Assembly (NCBI GenBank): GCA_017432725.1
Contig: JAFRIQ010000036.1
Location: 761-64,760 of the forward strand
Reading direction: 5' to 3'
From: Bacillota bacterium
GTDB lineage: Bacteria; Bacillota; Clostridia; Peptostreptococcales; Anaerovoracaceae
Length of the DNA stretch: 64,000 nucleotides
Part shown: positions 42,794 to 52,738 of the stretch, in pieces
Position numbering within the stretch: the stretch's first letter is position 1
How the letters are laid out: every line of letters starts with the position of its first letter
The notes under the pieces: generated by a model
The model's input: only the letters and a program-made list of their open reading frames with translations
What the model was told of the DNA's origin: nothing
Database searches by the model: none
Translations under genes and position numbers: made by a program

Positions 42794-43798
42794 ATGGATA
42801 TAGAAACACTTAAACAGAAGATGGATGAGGCTCATTACGTTTACGATGACAACCTCATAACGACATTATTCGTTGCGATCAATTTAGACAGGCCTCTGCT
42901 CATAGAGGGCGAAGCCGGAGTGGGAAAGACCGAAGTTGCAAAGGTAGTAGCTGCGGCTCTTGGAAGAAAACTCATCAGGATGCAGTGCTATGAAGGCCTT
43001 GACGAGAGCAAGACCCTTTATGAGTGGAATTACCAGAAGCAGCTTCTTTCCATACAGGTCAATATGGGAAAGACCGACGACGATACACTTACCAAGTCTC
43101 TTTTCAGCGACGAGTATCTTCTCGAGAGACCGCTTCTTCAGTCTATCAGGTCTGAAGAACCGGTAGTGCTTCTCATCGATGAGATAGACAAGGCCGACGA
43201 AGAATTCGAGGCATTCCTTCTGGAACTGCTTTCGGACTTTCAGGTATCCGTTCCCGAGGTGGGAACTATAAAGGCAAAGACTAAACCTTTTATCGTGCTC
43301 ACATCAAACAGGGCAAGACCCATTTCGGATGCTCTCAGAAGACGCTGTGCCTACCTTTACATAGAATATCCCGATATGGAAAAGGAACTGGCTATTTTGA
43401 GGAGCCGCGTTCCTCACGTGGACGAAAGACTTTGCGTGCAGATCGCACAGGCCGTTCACGACCTGAGAGAAAACGAGGCTATACTTAAGAAACCCTCTGT
43501 AGCGGAATCCCTCGACTGGGCGGAGGCCCTTCACGCCCTCGGAGTGAGAGAACTTACCCCTGAACTCATGAAGAGCACCGTGGGTTTCGTTCTCAAGAAC
43601 AACGAAGACATAGCAACGCTGAGCGAGGCTCTCGACGCTGCCGAAGCCGAGCCTGAAGAAACGGAAGAATACCGCCGCCGCCACGAAGAGGGCGAGCACT
43701 GTCATGACCATCATGACCATGCCGACGGACATCTCCACGACGAAGACTGCGAATTCGAGAAGACCGGAAAACACTGCGGCCGTCACAGCCATGCTTGA
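42794..43798 (+). CDS. MoxR/CoxD-like AAA+ ATPase with a His/Cys-rich C-terminal tail
   Basis: Walker A GEAGVGKT, Walker B VLLIDEIDKA. The block MQCYEGLDESKTLYEWNY is typical of the CoxD-like MoxR subgroup. The tail reads HEEGEHCHDHHDHADGHLHDEDCEFEKTGKHCGRHSHA. Confidence 0.83.
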   Translation: MDIETLKQKMDEAHYVYDDNLITTLFVAINLDRPLLIEGEAGVGKTEVAKVVAAALGRKLIRMQCYEGLDESKTLYEWNYQKQLLSIQVNMGKTDDDTLTKSLFSDEYLLERPLLQSIRSEEPVVLLIDEIDKADEEFEAFLLELLSDFQVSVPEVGTIKAKTKPFIVLTSNRARPISDALRRRCAYLYIEYPDMEKELAILRSRVPHVDERLCVQIAQAVHDLRENEAILKKPSVAESLDWAEALHALGVRELTPELMKSTVGFVLKNNEDIATLSEALDAAEAEPEETEEYRRRHEEGEHCHDHHDHADGHLHDEDCEFEKTGKHCGRHSHA

Positions 43799-45068
43799 TA
43801 CGGAAGTTTACCTTGAAAAACTTGCGCTTTTCGGAAGGCTTTTAAGGCAGCAGGGCATGGAGGTCAGTCCTAAAGAGAATTCCGATGCCTGCAGTATACT
43901 TCTGTCTCTTGATATGAGCGACAGGGAGACCGTGAAGACTGCGCTTCGGACCGTATATGCGAAGTCCAGAGACGAGCAACTCAAGTTCGACAGGGTCTTC
44001 GACAGCTTTTTCCTGAGCGAAGAGGCTATACGTGCTATAGACAAAAGACATCAGAAGGAAGAACTGGAGCGCAGGAAGGCTATGGAAGAAGCTGAGCAGG
44101 CTCTTTCGGAGCAGACTCCTAACGTGCTCTATTCCGAAGCCCAGAAAGAAGCGTATTCCCAGCTGTCCGAAGAGGAAAAAAGACGTCTGGAAGAACTCAA
44201 GAAGAGAATGAAGGGAACTACGGACAGGAGCGTTCCCCTCTATACCGACTTCATACGTTCCGTCTTCATGAAATATATCCTGGAACAGCAGATAAAGATG
44301 GAAGATGCGGCTATCGGAGCCCAGGCCATTGATCCCGAGATAGGGATACTGTTCAAGGATATTTCGGATTTTCATGACAACGAGATACCAAAGGCCGTAA
44401 AATATATGCAGGACCTTTCTTCCAGGATCACCGGAGAACTGGCAAAAAGGAGGAAGGGCGCAAAGAAGAGCGGCAGCCTCGATTTCAGAAGGACCATCAG
44501 AAAAAGTCTTGAAACCGGCGGCAGCCTTCATAAACTTGCGTATAAACCATCCAGGAAGAGAAAAAAACAGCTGGTGATACTTTGCGACGTGTCCGCGTCC
44601 ATGGTACAGTTCTCTGAGTTTGCTCTCAGATTCATACAGGCCCTCAACGAGGCGTCGGAGAGCTCGAGGGTATTCCTTTTTTCCGAGGAACTTAAAGAAG
44701 CCGACCCCTTCCATCTACAGAATATGGATGCTTTCAGGGATTACGTAAGAGAGTCCGGGGTATACGGCAAAGGAACGGATCTCGGAGCTGCCCTGAAAAG
44801 GATAAATGACGAACGACCGTCGGTTCTCTCGCCTGCTTCGGTGCTCATCATAGTATCAGACTGCAAGAGCATAGATATAGGCGGAGCATGCAGGGAGATG
44901 GACAGGTCCAGAGGCAGAGCGGGCAAGGTGTATTGCCTCAATCCTCTGCCGGAATCCAAATGGAAGTATTCTTCCTCAGTCATGGCTCTTTCACAGAAAT
45001 GCACTATGCTTTCGTGCAGTACGCTGAGGGACCTTGGGGAGGCATGCAGGAGGCTTACGCTCAGCTGA
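43791..45068 (+). CDS. CoxE-like VWA-domain protein
   Basis: The start overlaps the MoxR stop (ATGCTTGA). The MIDAS motif CDVSASM sits in the C-terminal VWA domain. The N-terminal region is CoxE-like (FGRLLRQQGMEVSP..). Confidence 0.78.
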   Translation: MLDTEVYLEKLALFGRLLRQQGMEVSPKENSDACSILLSLDMSDRETVKTALRTVYAKSRDEQLKFDRVFDSFFLSEEAIRAIDKRHQKEELERRKAMEEAEQALSEQTPNVLYSEAQKEAYSQLSEEEKRRLEELKKRMKGTTDRSVPLYTDFIRSVFMKYILEQQIKMEDAAIGAQAIDPEIGILFKDISDFHDNEIPKAVKYMQDLSSRITGELAKRRKGAKKSGSLDFRRTIRKSLETGGSLHKLAYKPSRKRKKQLVILCDVSASMVQFSEFALRFIQALNEASESSRVFLFSEELKEADPFHLQNMDAFRDYVRESGVYGKGTDLGAALKRINDERPSVLSPASVLIIVSDCKSIDIGGACREMDRSRGRAGKVYCLNPLPESKWKYSSSVMALSQKCTMLSCSTLRDLGEACRRLTLS

Positions 45069-45128
45069 CGCTTCAAGCTGAGATGAAATACATACCGCTG
45101 GAAATGCGGAGAATTGGAGTATGCACTT

Positions 45129-46535
45129 ATGAATAATTCTGAAAAAGAAATGCGCGAGATCGCAAGGCTCGAAAAGGCCAGCGCATTCCACAAACACAAG
45201 AACTATTTCGCCATTCTGGTCGTGGTACTGACTGTCGTATATATAGTCGACGAGCTCACGTCCAGTGTCAGAGGCGCCGTGGATTCGTTCACTATCTGCG
45301 ACCTGTTCAACACTACCTTCGGAACTCCCGAATACGACAGAGCGGCAGGCACTTTCGGACTGGTGACCACCGGATGCTACCTTATCTACCTTATCTCGCC
45401 TTTCTATAAATCCCTGGCGGACAAGATAGGAAGAAAACCCTTCCTTGTCATCAATACCATCGGCATGGGCGTAGGTATGCTGGTCGCCATAATTTCAAGC
45501 AGTCCCGCTGTATACCTCCTGGGCGTAGTCATCATGACTTTCTTCACACCCAACGACGTTCAGGTCATATATATAATGGAGTGCGCCCCGAAAGAACACA
45601 GGGCCAAGCTCTGCTCCATTACCAAAGGTATAGCTCTTATTTCAGTTTCTCTGCTTGGTCTTTTCGTTAAACTTTTCGTAAACAGAGAGAACCCCGCTAC
45701 CTGGAGAAACGTATATATCATTCCTATCATCCTTGCTTTCGTAATAGGCGCAGGGGCGATATTCTTCGTTAAAGAAACTCCCATATACACACAGAAGAGA
45801 CTTCAGTATCTCAGGGCAAGCGAAGAAGAGAGAAAAGCTCAGGAAGCTAAGGAAAAAGCCGATCAGGAAGCGGAAAAGAAAAAGAACGTTTCCGTATTCG
45901 GAGCATTCAAATTCATATTCAAGAATCCTCAGACAAGGGCGGTAGCCATCGTTGCCATGCTCTTCTCATTCGCAACGGGATATACAGGAAAATATCAGAA
46001 CATGATAGAAGCCGGCGTTGCAAGAGGCGCTATTACCGCGGCAGGTTCCGACCTTATCCTCATGTTCTATCCGGTCATCAACGGACTTTTGACATTGGTT
46101 GCCGGTTTCCTTATCGATGCTCTAGGCAGAAAGAAAGCGGCCCTCATACTCGGTCTGTGGACAGCCGTCGGCCTCGGAGTATTCGCTTACGGATGTATGA
46201 ACCCACTCAACCCGTACGTGACGGGATTTGCATACGGATTCTCCATAGCAGGTCTTTGGTCCATCTCGGACATGATCTTCTTCGTCATCACGTCTGAATC
46301 CACGCCAACCGAAATGAGAAGCACCGTCGTAGGTTCCATGCAGCTCCTCGGCATGGTGGGTATGGGCTTCAATATGGTATTCAATAACGTAGTAACGATG
46401 ATAGCTGGTTCCATGAACCTTCCCTTCGTCCTCACGCTCACCTATCTGCCTATAGTAGCCATAGCGCTCACTATAATGATGCTGAAGGTCAAAGAAACGA
46501 AAGACGTAGATCTTAACAATATTACCATCGACTGA
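45129..46535 (+). CDS. MFS transporter
   Basis: About 12 TM segments with a charged central loop. The motif DKIGRKP lies after TM2. I preferred the ATG at 45129 over the upstream TTG (45114). Confidence 0.78.
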   Translation: MNNSEKEMREIARLEKASAFHKHKNYFAILVVVLTVVYIVDELTSSVRGAVDSFTICDLFNTTFGTPEYDRAAGTFGLVTTGCYLIYLISPFYKSLADKIGRKPFLVINTIGMGVGMLVAIISSSPAVYLLGVVIMTFFTPNDVQVIYIMECAPKEHRAKLCSITKGIALISVSLLGLFVKLFVNRENPATWRNVYIIPIILAFVIGAGAIFFVKETPIYTQKRLQYLRASEEERKAQEAKEKADQEAEKKKNVSVFGAFKFIFKNPQTRAVAIVAMLFSFATGYTGKYQNMIEAGVARGAITAAGSDLILMFYPVINGLLTLVAGFLIDALGRKKAALILGLWTAVGLGVFAYGCMNPLNPYVTGFAYGFSIAGLWSISDMIFFVITSESTPTEMRSTVVGSMQLLGMVGMGFNMVFNNVVTMIAGSMNLPFVLTLTYLPIVAIALTIMMLKVKETKDVDLNNITID

Positions 46536-46537
46536 TC

Positions 46538-47623
46538 ATGATACTTAATCCGAACAGTTTATCGACAAATCTTCTCGTCACGGCTCTGGTCGTGGTGATG
46601 GTGTGGCTTCTCCCCTGGATAGACCGGAAGGTCTGCACGAAAATAGGGGTCAGCCTGAGCGACGGCGTCAGCTCCAACCCGAATGCCGACAGGATACATC
46701 ATACCAGAAAGTTCCTGCTCATCTGCATGTTCGGTGTTTATCTGCTGCTTATTGCTTATGTCGCGTTCTTTTCGCGCAGCGCAGCGGAAGAGTACACCGT
46801 TCACGTGAATCTTTACGAAAACCTCGCGAGTTCGATACATATCGACTTCGGTATCCTGGGACTCATACATTCCATATTTACCGAAGGGTTTCGCGCGGCT
46901 ATGTCGCATGTGCAGATCACAAGGCTCAGCAACATAGCGCAGGTATATATGAACATCTGTATGTTCATACCCATGGGTTATCTGCTCCCTTACATTTTCG
47001 ACTGGTTCAGGATCCATCCTAGACGCCGTACGGTCATTGCATGCCTTCTTGCGTCCCTTGCGGTCGAAAATATCCAGCTCATCACGAAACTGGGTTTCTA
47101 TGACGTGGATGATCTTTTCTCAAACGTCATCGGGGGATACATCGGAGTGCTTCTGTACATGTCGGTAGCCTACGTCCTGACCCACAACGAGTGGAGAGAA
47201 GAACTCAAGGCGCTGCATATCTGGAGAAGAAGCGCAAAAAAGAAAGCGCTGTATGTGTTCTCCAAAAAAATACACTTCCCGCGTACTACCATCTACGGAG
47301 AAGAGGGTGAACCTCTCCTTGATTTTTACGCAAGCAAGCTTGGCATGAGACTTGCAAGCGTCATTGAAAACAAGGATGCCGGGGAGACTGATTATCTGTT
47401 CCAGTTCGGGAAGAACCAGCTGGAGATACGGTGCATAGAGGGTACGCCGATCCCGGCAACACAAGACCTTACCATCGCCTGCAACAATTCTGAGTACATG
47501 AAAAAGAGACTGGCAAGGCAGGGTATAGAGACTTCGGAGTATAAGGCGGATCCTTACACGGGTCTGAGGACCTTCGAAATAGCAGGACCTGATAACGTGA
47601 CGGTCACGATAATAGAAGAATAG
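46538..47623 (+). CDS. VanZ-like membrane domain fused to a C-terminal glyoxalase/VOC-like domain
   Basis: The VanZ pattern is present (N..MF.P.G.L.P... and NV.GG.IG). The C-terminal ~125 aa (DFYASKLGMRL..LEIRC..LTIAC..) looks like a VOC beta-alpha-beta-beta-beta repeat. Confidence 0.62.
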   Translation: MILNPNSLSTNLLVTALVVVMVWLLPWIDRKVCTKIGVSLSDGVSSNPNADRIHHTRKFLLICMFGVYLLLIAYVAFFSRSAAEEYTVHVNLYENLASSIHIDFGILGLIHSIFTEGFRAAMSHVQITRLSNIAQVYMNICMFIPMGYLLPYIFDWFRIHPRRRTVIACLLASLAVENIQLITKLGFYDVDDLFSNVIGGYIGVLLYMSVAYVLTHNEWREELKALHIWRRSAKKKALYVFSKKIHFPRTTIYGEEGEPLLDFYASKLGMRLASVIENKDAGETDYLFQFGKNQLEIRCIEGTPIPATQDLTIACNNSEYMKKRLARQGIETSEYKADPYTGLRTFEIAGPDNVTVTIIEE

Positions 47624-47671
47624 AAAAAGCAGCGGCTTTGATGTGAGGTGACCCCCAAAAGTTAGACTTTT

Positions 47672-47698
47672 ATCCCAGTGAGAAATCACTGGGATTTT
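47672..47698 (+). terminator. Intrinsic terminator
   Basis: ATCCCAGTG-AGAAA-TCACTGGGAT followed by TTT. Confidence 0.65.
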
Positions 47699-47731
47699 GT
47701 CCTATAAGCCTGAAAACCCGTGCAGTTACAA

Positions 47732-47756
47732 GAAAAAAACCGCATTGCTGCGGTTT
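47732..47756 (-). terminator. Intrinsic terminator of tRNA-Ala
   Basis: On the minus strand: AACCGCA-GCAA-TGCGGTT followed by TTTTTTT. Confidence 0.62.
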
Positions 47757-47760
47757 TGGT

Positions 47761-47836
47761 TGGTGGAGCATAGGGGGATCGAACCCCTGGCCTCAAGATT
47801 GCGAACCTTGCGCTCTCCCAGCTGAGCTAATGCCCC
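47761..47836 (-). tRNA. tRNA-Ala (CGC)
   Basis: The reverse complement is GGGGCATTAGCTCAGCTGGGAGAGCGCAAGGTTCGCAATCTTGAGGCCAGGGGTTCGATCCCCCTATGCTCCACCA. It has the G3:U70 Ala identity pair, anticodon loop TTCGCAA and an encoded CCA. Confidence 0.92.
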
Positions 47837-47983
47837 GTCTTTTTAAAAGCCTTATTATATTATCCCAAAGCATATTTTTTTTCAATCGATAATTCAAAAA
47901 AACTGAATTCTTTGATATAATTAACGAATACTGGGAAGAAAGGTTTTTGCCGGATCCAGGGGGATCCGGATGATGGTGATTAA

Positions 47984-49723
47984 ATGCTAAAGCGACTTCT
48001 TAAATGTGTCAAGGGTTACTGGTTCTATACCCTTGTCACCCCGCTTCTGGTCCTTGCCGAGGTCCTGATGTCGGTACTCATACCGTACAGGATGGCGGAC
48101 CTTATCGACAAAGGCGTCGATGCGGGCAATATGGACGTTATAAAAAGCATAGGGTCGGTGCTTCTTGTATACGCATTCATCTCTATGGCTTTCGGGATCC
48201 TTTCAGGGATCTTTTCAGCGATCGCATCCTGCGGTTTTGCCACCAACGTACGTCATGACATGTATTACAAAATACAGACGTTCTCATTCTCAAATGTTGA
48301 CAAGTTTTCCACCGCCGGTCTGGTGACCAGGATGACTTCGGACGTTACCAGGCTTCAGTTCGCATTCAATATGTCTATGCGTATGGCGGCGAGAGCACCC
48401 GCGAATATGGTGTTCGCTCTCATCATGTCATTCAGGATAAACAAAAAACTCCCGCTTGTTTTCCTCGCGGTTCTTCCTTTCCTTGGATTCGCGCTGGGCT
48501 TCATAATGAAAAAAGCAATGCCTCTTTTCAAGAAAGTCTTCGAATCCTACGATGACGTTAACAGAGTCGTTCAGGAAAACGTCAGAGGTATCAGGGTAGT
48601 GAAATCCTTCGTCAGGGAGGAGCACGAAATAGAAAAATTCGGAGCTGTAACGGGAATGCTCAAAGCTCTGTCCATGAAGGCCGAGCGTATAGTCGCAATC
48701 AACTTCCCGGTCATGAACATCTCCATGTATACATGCTCTTTAGGCGTATGCTGGCTTGGAGCAAAGCTGATCGTCGGCGGAGAGATGACCACGGGTCAGC
48801 TTATGAGCGTCATGAACTACATACTTCAGATACTGATGAGCCTTATGATGCTCTCTATGATCTTCCTTAACCTGACTCAGGCGAAAGCCGCAGGAGACCG
48901 TGTTGTAGAGGTGCTCAACGAAGAACCTGATATCAAGAACTGCGACGATCCTGTAATGGAACTCAAGGACGGATCCATAAGATTCGAGCATGTCGACTTC
49001 GCTTATGCGGGAGGCAAGAACTGTCTCAGAGATCTCGATTTCGAAATTAAGTCCGGAGAGACCATAGGTATCATAGGCGGTACCGGAACCGGAAAAACGA
49101 GCATGGTGCAGCTGATACCCAGACTTTACGACGTAAGATCCGGAGCCGTATACGTGGGCGGAGACAACGTAAAAGATATCGACCTCAAGACACTCAGAAG
49201 CGGAGTGGCCATGGTGCTCCAGAAGAACCTTCTTTTCTCGGGTACCATAAGAGCCAATATGCAGTGGGGCAAGGAAGATGCGACGGATGGAGAGATCTGG
49301 AGCGCATTGAGACTCGCTCAGGCTGATGGCTTCGTAAGAGCTCTTCCGGGCGGCCTCGATTATGTCATAGAACAGGGAGGGTCCAACGTATCCGGAGGCC
49401 AGAAGCAGAGGCTTTGTATCGCAAGAGCACTTCTGACCAGTCCAAAGATACTGATACTGGACGATTCCACCAGCGCTGTCGATACAGCCACTGAAGCCAG
49501 CATCAGAAAAGGCTTCAGAGAATTCATGCCTTCAGTGACGAAACTGATAATCGCTCAGCGTATTTCATCAGTCAAGGACGCTGACAGGATCATCGTCATA
49601 GACGACGGTGAGATCAGCGGTATAGGAACTCACGAGGAACTCATGGCATCCAACAGGATATACCAGGAAGTATATGAATCCCAGACGAAGGGAGGTGACT
49701 TTGATGAGCCGCAAGCAGACTAA
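47984..49723 (+). CDS. ABC exporter, fused permease/ATPase (heterodimer subunit 1)
   Basis: A six-helix TMD followed by an NBD (GGTGTGKTS, LSGGQKQR, ILILDDSTS). Confidence 0.88.
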   Translation: MLKRLLKCVKGYWFYTLVTPLLVLAEVLMSVLIPYRMADLIDKGVDAGNMDVIKSIGSVLLVYAFISMAFGILSGIFSAIASCGFATNVRHDMYYKIQTFSFSNVDKFSTAGLVTRMTSDVTRLQFAFNMSMRMAARAPANMVFALIMSFRINKKLPLVFLAVLPFLGFALGFIMKKAMPLFKKVFESYDDVNRVVQENVRGIRVVKSFVREEHEIEKFGAVTGMLKALSMKAERIVAINFPVMNISMYTCSLGVCWLGAKLIVGGEMTTGQLMSVMNYILQILMSLMMLSMIFLNLTQAKAAGDRVVEVLNEEPDIKNCDDPVMELKDGSIRFEHVDFAYAGGKNCLRDLDFEIKSGETIGIIGGTGTGKTSMVQLIPRLYDVRSGAVYVGGDNVKDIDLKTLRSGVAMVLQKNLLFSGTIRANMQWGKEDATDGEIWSALRLAQADGFVRALPGGLDYVIEQGGSNVSGGQKQRLCIARALLTSPKILILDDSTSAVDTATEASIRKGFREFMPSVTKLIIAQRISSVKDADRIIVIDDGEISGIGTHEELMASNRIYQEVYESQTKGGDFDEPQAD

Positions 49724-51668
49724 AGCTGATATCGAAAAAGAAAAACAGCAGGATAAAGGTCCACAGACCGGAGGCGCTATAAGAGGAGCCGCCGGAGGAA
49801 AGATCCGTTTCGACAGCGACACAGGAAAACTTCTCGTAAGACTGTTCTCGTTCTTTGAGAGAAAGTACGTCATCAGGCTTTGCATCGTTGCCCTTTGCGT
49901 CATAGCAGCAGCTCTGATAAGCGTAAGATCCTCCATGTTCCTGGGGGAAGTCATCGACAACTGCATCAAGCCCATGCTGATCCAATCCGTTCCGGATTTC
50001 GGACCCCTTAAGACTGCAATGGTAAAAATGGCCGGTCTCTACGCTCTCAGCGTCGTCGCCATACTTACCCGTCAGCTTCTTATGGTCGGAGTCAGCAACG
50101 GTCTTCTTTACAAGATCAGAATGACGCTGTTTGGGCATCTTCAGACTCTTCCTATAGGATATTTCGATACCCATCCTTACGGAGACACCATGTCCCGTTT
50201 CACCAATGATATCGATAATATCAGGCAGCTGGTATCACAGTCCCTCACAGAGGTCTTTTCTTCGACCATATCGATAATAACCGTATTCGCGGCTATGCTT
50301 TCTCTTTCGTGGAGACTGACTCTTGTCGTCATACTCACTATCGTGGTGATATATTTCGTAAGCATCGGAGTCGGGGGAGCCTCATCGAAGAACTTCACCT
50401 TAAGACAGACTTCTCTCGGACTCATAAACGCGTTCATTGAAGAAAATCTCAACGGACAGAAGGTCGTTCAGGTGTTCTGCCACGAAGACAAGATCAAAAA
50501 AGAATTCGATGAGAAAAATGAAGACCTCAGAAGAAAGTCCGTAACAGCAAACTCTCTTGCAGGCATACTGATGCCTATAAACGCAAGTCTTGGAAATATA
50601 CAGTACGTCATACTGGCGGTAGTAGGCGGATATTTCGCTATAAACGGGAACGGATCTCTTACCCTTGGTATGCTCGCTTCCTTCCTTACTCTGTCCAGGA
50701 ACTTCACAAGGCCGGTAACGATGATCTCCCAGCAGGTCAATTCTCTGGTCATGGCTCTTGCAGGCGCCAGAAGGATATTCAGAGTCCTCGACGAAAAGCC
50801 TGAAGAAGATGAAGGATACGTCACTTTGGTCCCTGCCGAAGAAAAGGAAGACGGAAGCCTGACAGAGACAGATCACGTGACCGGTACCTGGGCATGGAAG
50901 TATCCTCACAAGACCAGCGGAGTCCTCGAATACATCAAGGTACGCGGAGACGTGAGGTTCTTCGACGTCGATTTCAGCTACACTCCCGAGAAGCAGATAC
51001 TGTACGACGTGTCTCTGTTCGCCAAACCGGGCCAGAAGATCGCCTTCGTAGGTTCCACGGGAGCGGGCAAAACCACTATCACCAACCTGATAAACCGTTT
51101 CTACGATATAGAGGACGGCAAGATAAGGTTCGACGGGATCAACATAAACAAGATAAAAAAGTCGGATCTCAGGCATGCTATGGGCATAGTGCTTCAGGAT
51201 ACTAATCTGTTCACCGGTACGGTAGCCGAAAACATCAAGTACGGTAAACTGGACGCCACCTATGACGAAGTAGTGCAGGCTGCGAAGATAGCCAACGCAC
51301 ATAACTTCATAATGAAACTGCCTCAGGGATACGACACTGTGATCTCCGGAACGGGGAGCCAGCTCTCCCAGGGTCAGTGCCAGCTTCTTGCCATAGCAAG
51401 AGCTGCCATAGAAGACGCGCCCGTAATGATACTTGACGAGGCAACGTCTAGCATCGATACGAGAACGGAAACTCTTATCCAGCAGGGTATGGACAGGCTC
51501 ATGTCGGGCAGGACAACTTTCGTCATTGCACACAGACTGTCCACGGTTCAGAACGCAAATGCGATCATGGTCGTAGAAGGCGGACGCATCATAGAACGCG
51601 GTACCCACGAGGAACTTCTCGAACTGAAGGGAAGATACTATCAGCTCTACACGGGCAATACGAATTAA
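49701..51668 (+). CDS. ABC exporter, fused permease/ATPase (heterodimer subunit 2)
   Basis: A TMD followed by an NBD (GSTGAGKTT, LSQGQCQ, MILDEATS). A GGAGG RBS precedes the internal ATG, which overlaps the subunit 1 3' end. Confidence 0.88.
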   Translation: MMSRKQTKADIEKEKQQDKGPQTGGAIRGAAGGKIRFDSDTGKLLVRLFSFFERKYVIRLCIVALCVIAAALISVRSSMFLGEVIDNCIKPMLIQSVPDFGPLKTAMVKMAGLYALSVVAILTRQLLMVGVSNGLLYKIRMTLFGHLQTLPIGYFDTHPYGDTMSRFTNDIDNIRQLVSQSLTEVFSSTISIITVFAAMLSLSWRLTLVVILTIVVIYFVSIGVGGASSKNFTLRQTSLGLINAFIEENLNGQKVVQVFCHEDKIKKEFDEKNEDLRRKSVTANSLAGILMPINASLGNIQYVILAVVGGYFAINGNGSLTLGMLASFLTLSRNFTRPVTMISQQVNSLVMALAGARRIFRVLDEKPEEDEGYVTLVPAEEKEDGSLTETDHVTGTWAWKYPHKTSGVLEYIKVRGDVRFFDVDFSYTPEKQILYDVSLFAKPGQKIAFVGSTGAGKTTITNLINRFYDIEDGKIRFDGININKIKKSDLRHAMGIVLQDTNLFTGTVAENIKYGKLDATYDEVVQAAKIANAHNFIMKLPQGYDTVISGTGSQLSQGQCQLLAIARAAIEDAPVMILDEATSSIDTRTETLIQQGMDRLMSGRTTFVIAHRLSTVQNANAIMVVEGGRIIERGTHEELLELKGRYYQLYTGNTN

Positions 51669-51678
51669 GCTTTATGCG

Positions 51679-51707
51679 GGCCTCACTTAAAATGAGTGGG
51701 GTCTTTT
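51679..51707 (+). terminator. Intrinsic terminator (moderate)
   Basis: GGCCTCACT-TAAAA-TGAGTGGGGTC followed by TTTTT. Confidence 0.55.
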
Positions 51708-51719
51708 TGAAAAAGGAAA

Positions 51720-52577
51720 ATGCTTATGTCTAACAAAGGAGTAACGGCCGAAAGGCTTGATAAAATAGCTGAAAAAATGCAAAGCACGGGCGATATATCT
51801 ACTGAAAGCCGGTATATAGGGCTTGGAGATATAGTCGAAGATTTTATAGAGCATTCTCTCGTGGCTCTTTTCCCTTACCATTTCGGCAGCAACAGAGGCC
51901 GCTTCGTTCCTCAGGAAAAGAGGACATGGGAACTCATGAGAGCTTTCGATGCGCTTACGAGAGCTCTGGGATTCATCATAAACGACGCTGAAGAAGCTGA
52001 GGAAACTGCGGTAAAGGTCATAGACGAGTATCCTGAACTCTTAAGGATAATAGAGACTGACGTAAGAGCAGGCTATGAAGGGGATCCGGCCGCCAAGAGC
52101 ACGGACGAGATAGTTCTCACCTATCCGGCGTTCAGGGCCATTTCCATATACAGGATCGCCCATATCATGTATGAGATGAAGATAGAGATCATTCCCCGCA
52201 TGATGACGGAATACGCCCATAAAATCACGGGCATAGATATTCATCCGGGAGCAAAGATCGGGGAATCTTTCTTCATAGACCACGGAACCGGCGTTGTAAT
52301 AGGGGAAACGACGACCATAGGAGATCACGTCAAACTGTATCAGCATGTGACTCTCGGCGCAAAAAGTTTTGCGGTCAATCCCGACGGAAGCCTTGTGAAG
52401 AACATCAAGAGGCATCCTGATATAGGGAACAACGTCGTGATCTATTCCGGCACCGCAGTGCTGGGCGGCGATACCAAGATAGGCAGCAACTCAGTTATAG
52501 GGAGCAACCTCTGGATCACTAAGTCTGTTCCTTCCGATACGGTGGTGAAAACGCAGGCTCAGGCTGACAGTTACTAA
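51720..52577 (+). CDS. cysE: Serine O-acetyltransferase
   Basis: GIDIHPGAKIGESFFIDHGTGVVIGETTTIGDHV is the left-handed beta-helix SAT signature. The start could equally be ATG 51726. Confidence 0.85.
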   Translation: MLMSNKGVTAERLDKIAEKMQSTGDISTESRYIGLGDIVEDFIEHSLVALFPYHFGSNRGRFVPQEKRTWELMRAFDALTRALGFIINDAEEAEETAVKVIDEYPELLRIIETDVRAGYEGDPAAKSTDEIVLTYPAFRAISIYRIAHIMYEMKIEIIPRMMTEYAHKITGIDIHPGAKIGESFFIDHGTGVVIGETTTIGDHVKLYQHVTLGAKSFAVNPDGSLVKNIKRHPDIGNNVVIYSGTAVLGGDTKIGSNSVIGSNLWITKSVPSDTVVKTQAQADSY

Positions 52578-52738
52578 AAAGCAGTCATACAGTAAAATCG
52601 ATAGCAGAAACAGGGCTTAATTACATCAAGCCTTGTTTCTTTTTTTTGCTCAAAATGGTAAAATGACTATGTCTGTGTGTTTCACGGATATTGACATCGA
52701 TTCATTAATATTTTCATATCATTCTGGAGGAAAACATA

